DNA of 64,000 bases, the filler included, from a bacterium (GTDB lineage Bacteria > JAMORN01): NCBI GenBank assembly GCA_027063545.1. It is 15 parts of 15 records of this genome, joined end to end, with 100 filler letters (N's around TTAATTAATTAA, not from the genome) between each part and the next. Parts side by side here need not be neighbours in the genome. Positions count along the whole stretch, not along the records: positions 61,595 to 64,000 come from JAMORN010000348.1; 14 more parts are not named here. One strand, written 5' to 3'. Shown in pieces: positions 63,498 through 64,000 of this stretch (position 1 is its first letter; every line of letters begins with the position of its first letter). The notes under the pieces are model-generated. The model ran no database searches and was not told where the DNA came from. It saw only the letters and a program-made list of their open reading frames with translations. A program made the translations under genes and the position numbers.

Positions 63498-64000
63498 ATG
63501 GCACATATAGCACTGGCAAGAAAATATAGACCAAAAAAATTTGATGATATTGTGGGTCAGCCTCATATATCTAATTTCTTAAGAAAAGCTATTGTTAATG
63601 GAAAGATTTCTCAGGCTTATCTCTTTACAGGAACAAGAGGGGTTGGAAAAACTACCACAGCTAGACTTTTAGCAATGAGTGTTAATTGCGAAAATCCCCA
63701 AAATGGGAATCCATGTTTAAAGTGTGCTTCATGTCAGGATATTCTCCATGGAACAAGTATGGATGTTATAGAAATTGATGGAGCTTCTAATACAAGTGTT
63801 GATGATGTAAGAAAATTGAGAGAAGAAATAGGATATGCTCCAGTATATGGCAAATATAAAGTTTACATAATAGACGAAGTTCATATGTTATCACGGGGAG
63901 CTTTTAATGCTTTATTAAAAATATTAGAAGAACCCCCAGAACATGTTATATTTGTTTTTGCAACAACAGAACCTCATAAGATTCCAGAGACTATACTCTC
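63498..64000 (+). CDS. dnaX: DNA polymerase III gamma/tau subunit, runs off the window
   Basis: Translated by hand: MAHIALARKYRPKKFDDIVGQ, GTRGVGKTT, CxxC zinc motif, EIDGASN, IDEVHMLS..AFNALLK.LEEPP. Confidence 0.97.
   Translation, partial: MAHIALARKYRPKKFDDIVGQPHISNFLRKAIVNGKISQAYLFTGTRGVGKTTTARLLAMSVNCENPQNGNPCLKCASCQDILHGTSMDVIEIDGASNTSVDDVRKLREEIGYAPVYGKYKVYIIDEVHMLSRGAFNALLKILEEPPEHVIFVFATTEPHKIPETIL

Overview
This window is not one chromosome segment. It is 15 contigs joined by 14 artificial 100-nt spacers (N44-TTAATTAATTAA-N44). Most contigs are about 3.2 kb and one is 18 kb (13617-31759), so gene neighbourhoods only hold within a contig and many genes are truncated. The DNA is very AT-rich and bacterial, from a diderm (TolC, TonB, SLBB exporter). 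It is probably a thermophilic anaerobe (reverse gyrase, TrpB2, Rnf) and cellulolytic (large multidomain GH9, two GH5 genes). The rplM-rpsI-rpsB order and a conserved large envelope protein suggest FCB-group affinity (inference). Housekeeping genes include surE, trpB2, pepA, dnaG, secDF, uvrC, rplM/rpsI/rpsB, argG, ispD, ffh, mutL, miaA, dnaE, hisH, dnaX and tRNA-Arg(CCT). Polysaccharide genes, a TetR-TolC-MFP efflux operon with a clear operator array, and rnfCDGEA plus a split rnfB are also present. The most striking item is a tightly coupled, extremely AT-rich five-gene operon at 13617-18308. It has an intact ParA followed by four orphan ORFs that by eye resemble motif-stripped versions of Hsp70, an MCP signalling hairpin, tandem CheW domains and His-less CheA-P1/Hpt domains. 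This may be an undescribed non-phosphorelay, chemosensory-derived scaffold or positioning system. Other notable items: a ferredoxin-DUF1858-DUF2249-SBP fusion, a class III cyclase with altered specificity residues, and a decaying DUF2061-sat fusion. All family calls come from motif recognition by eye; no searches were run.
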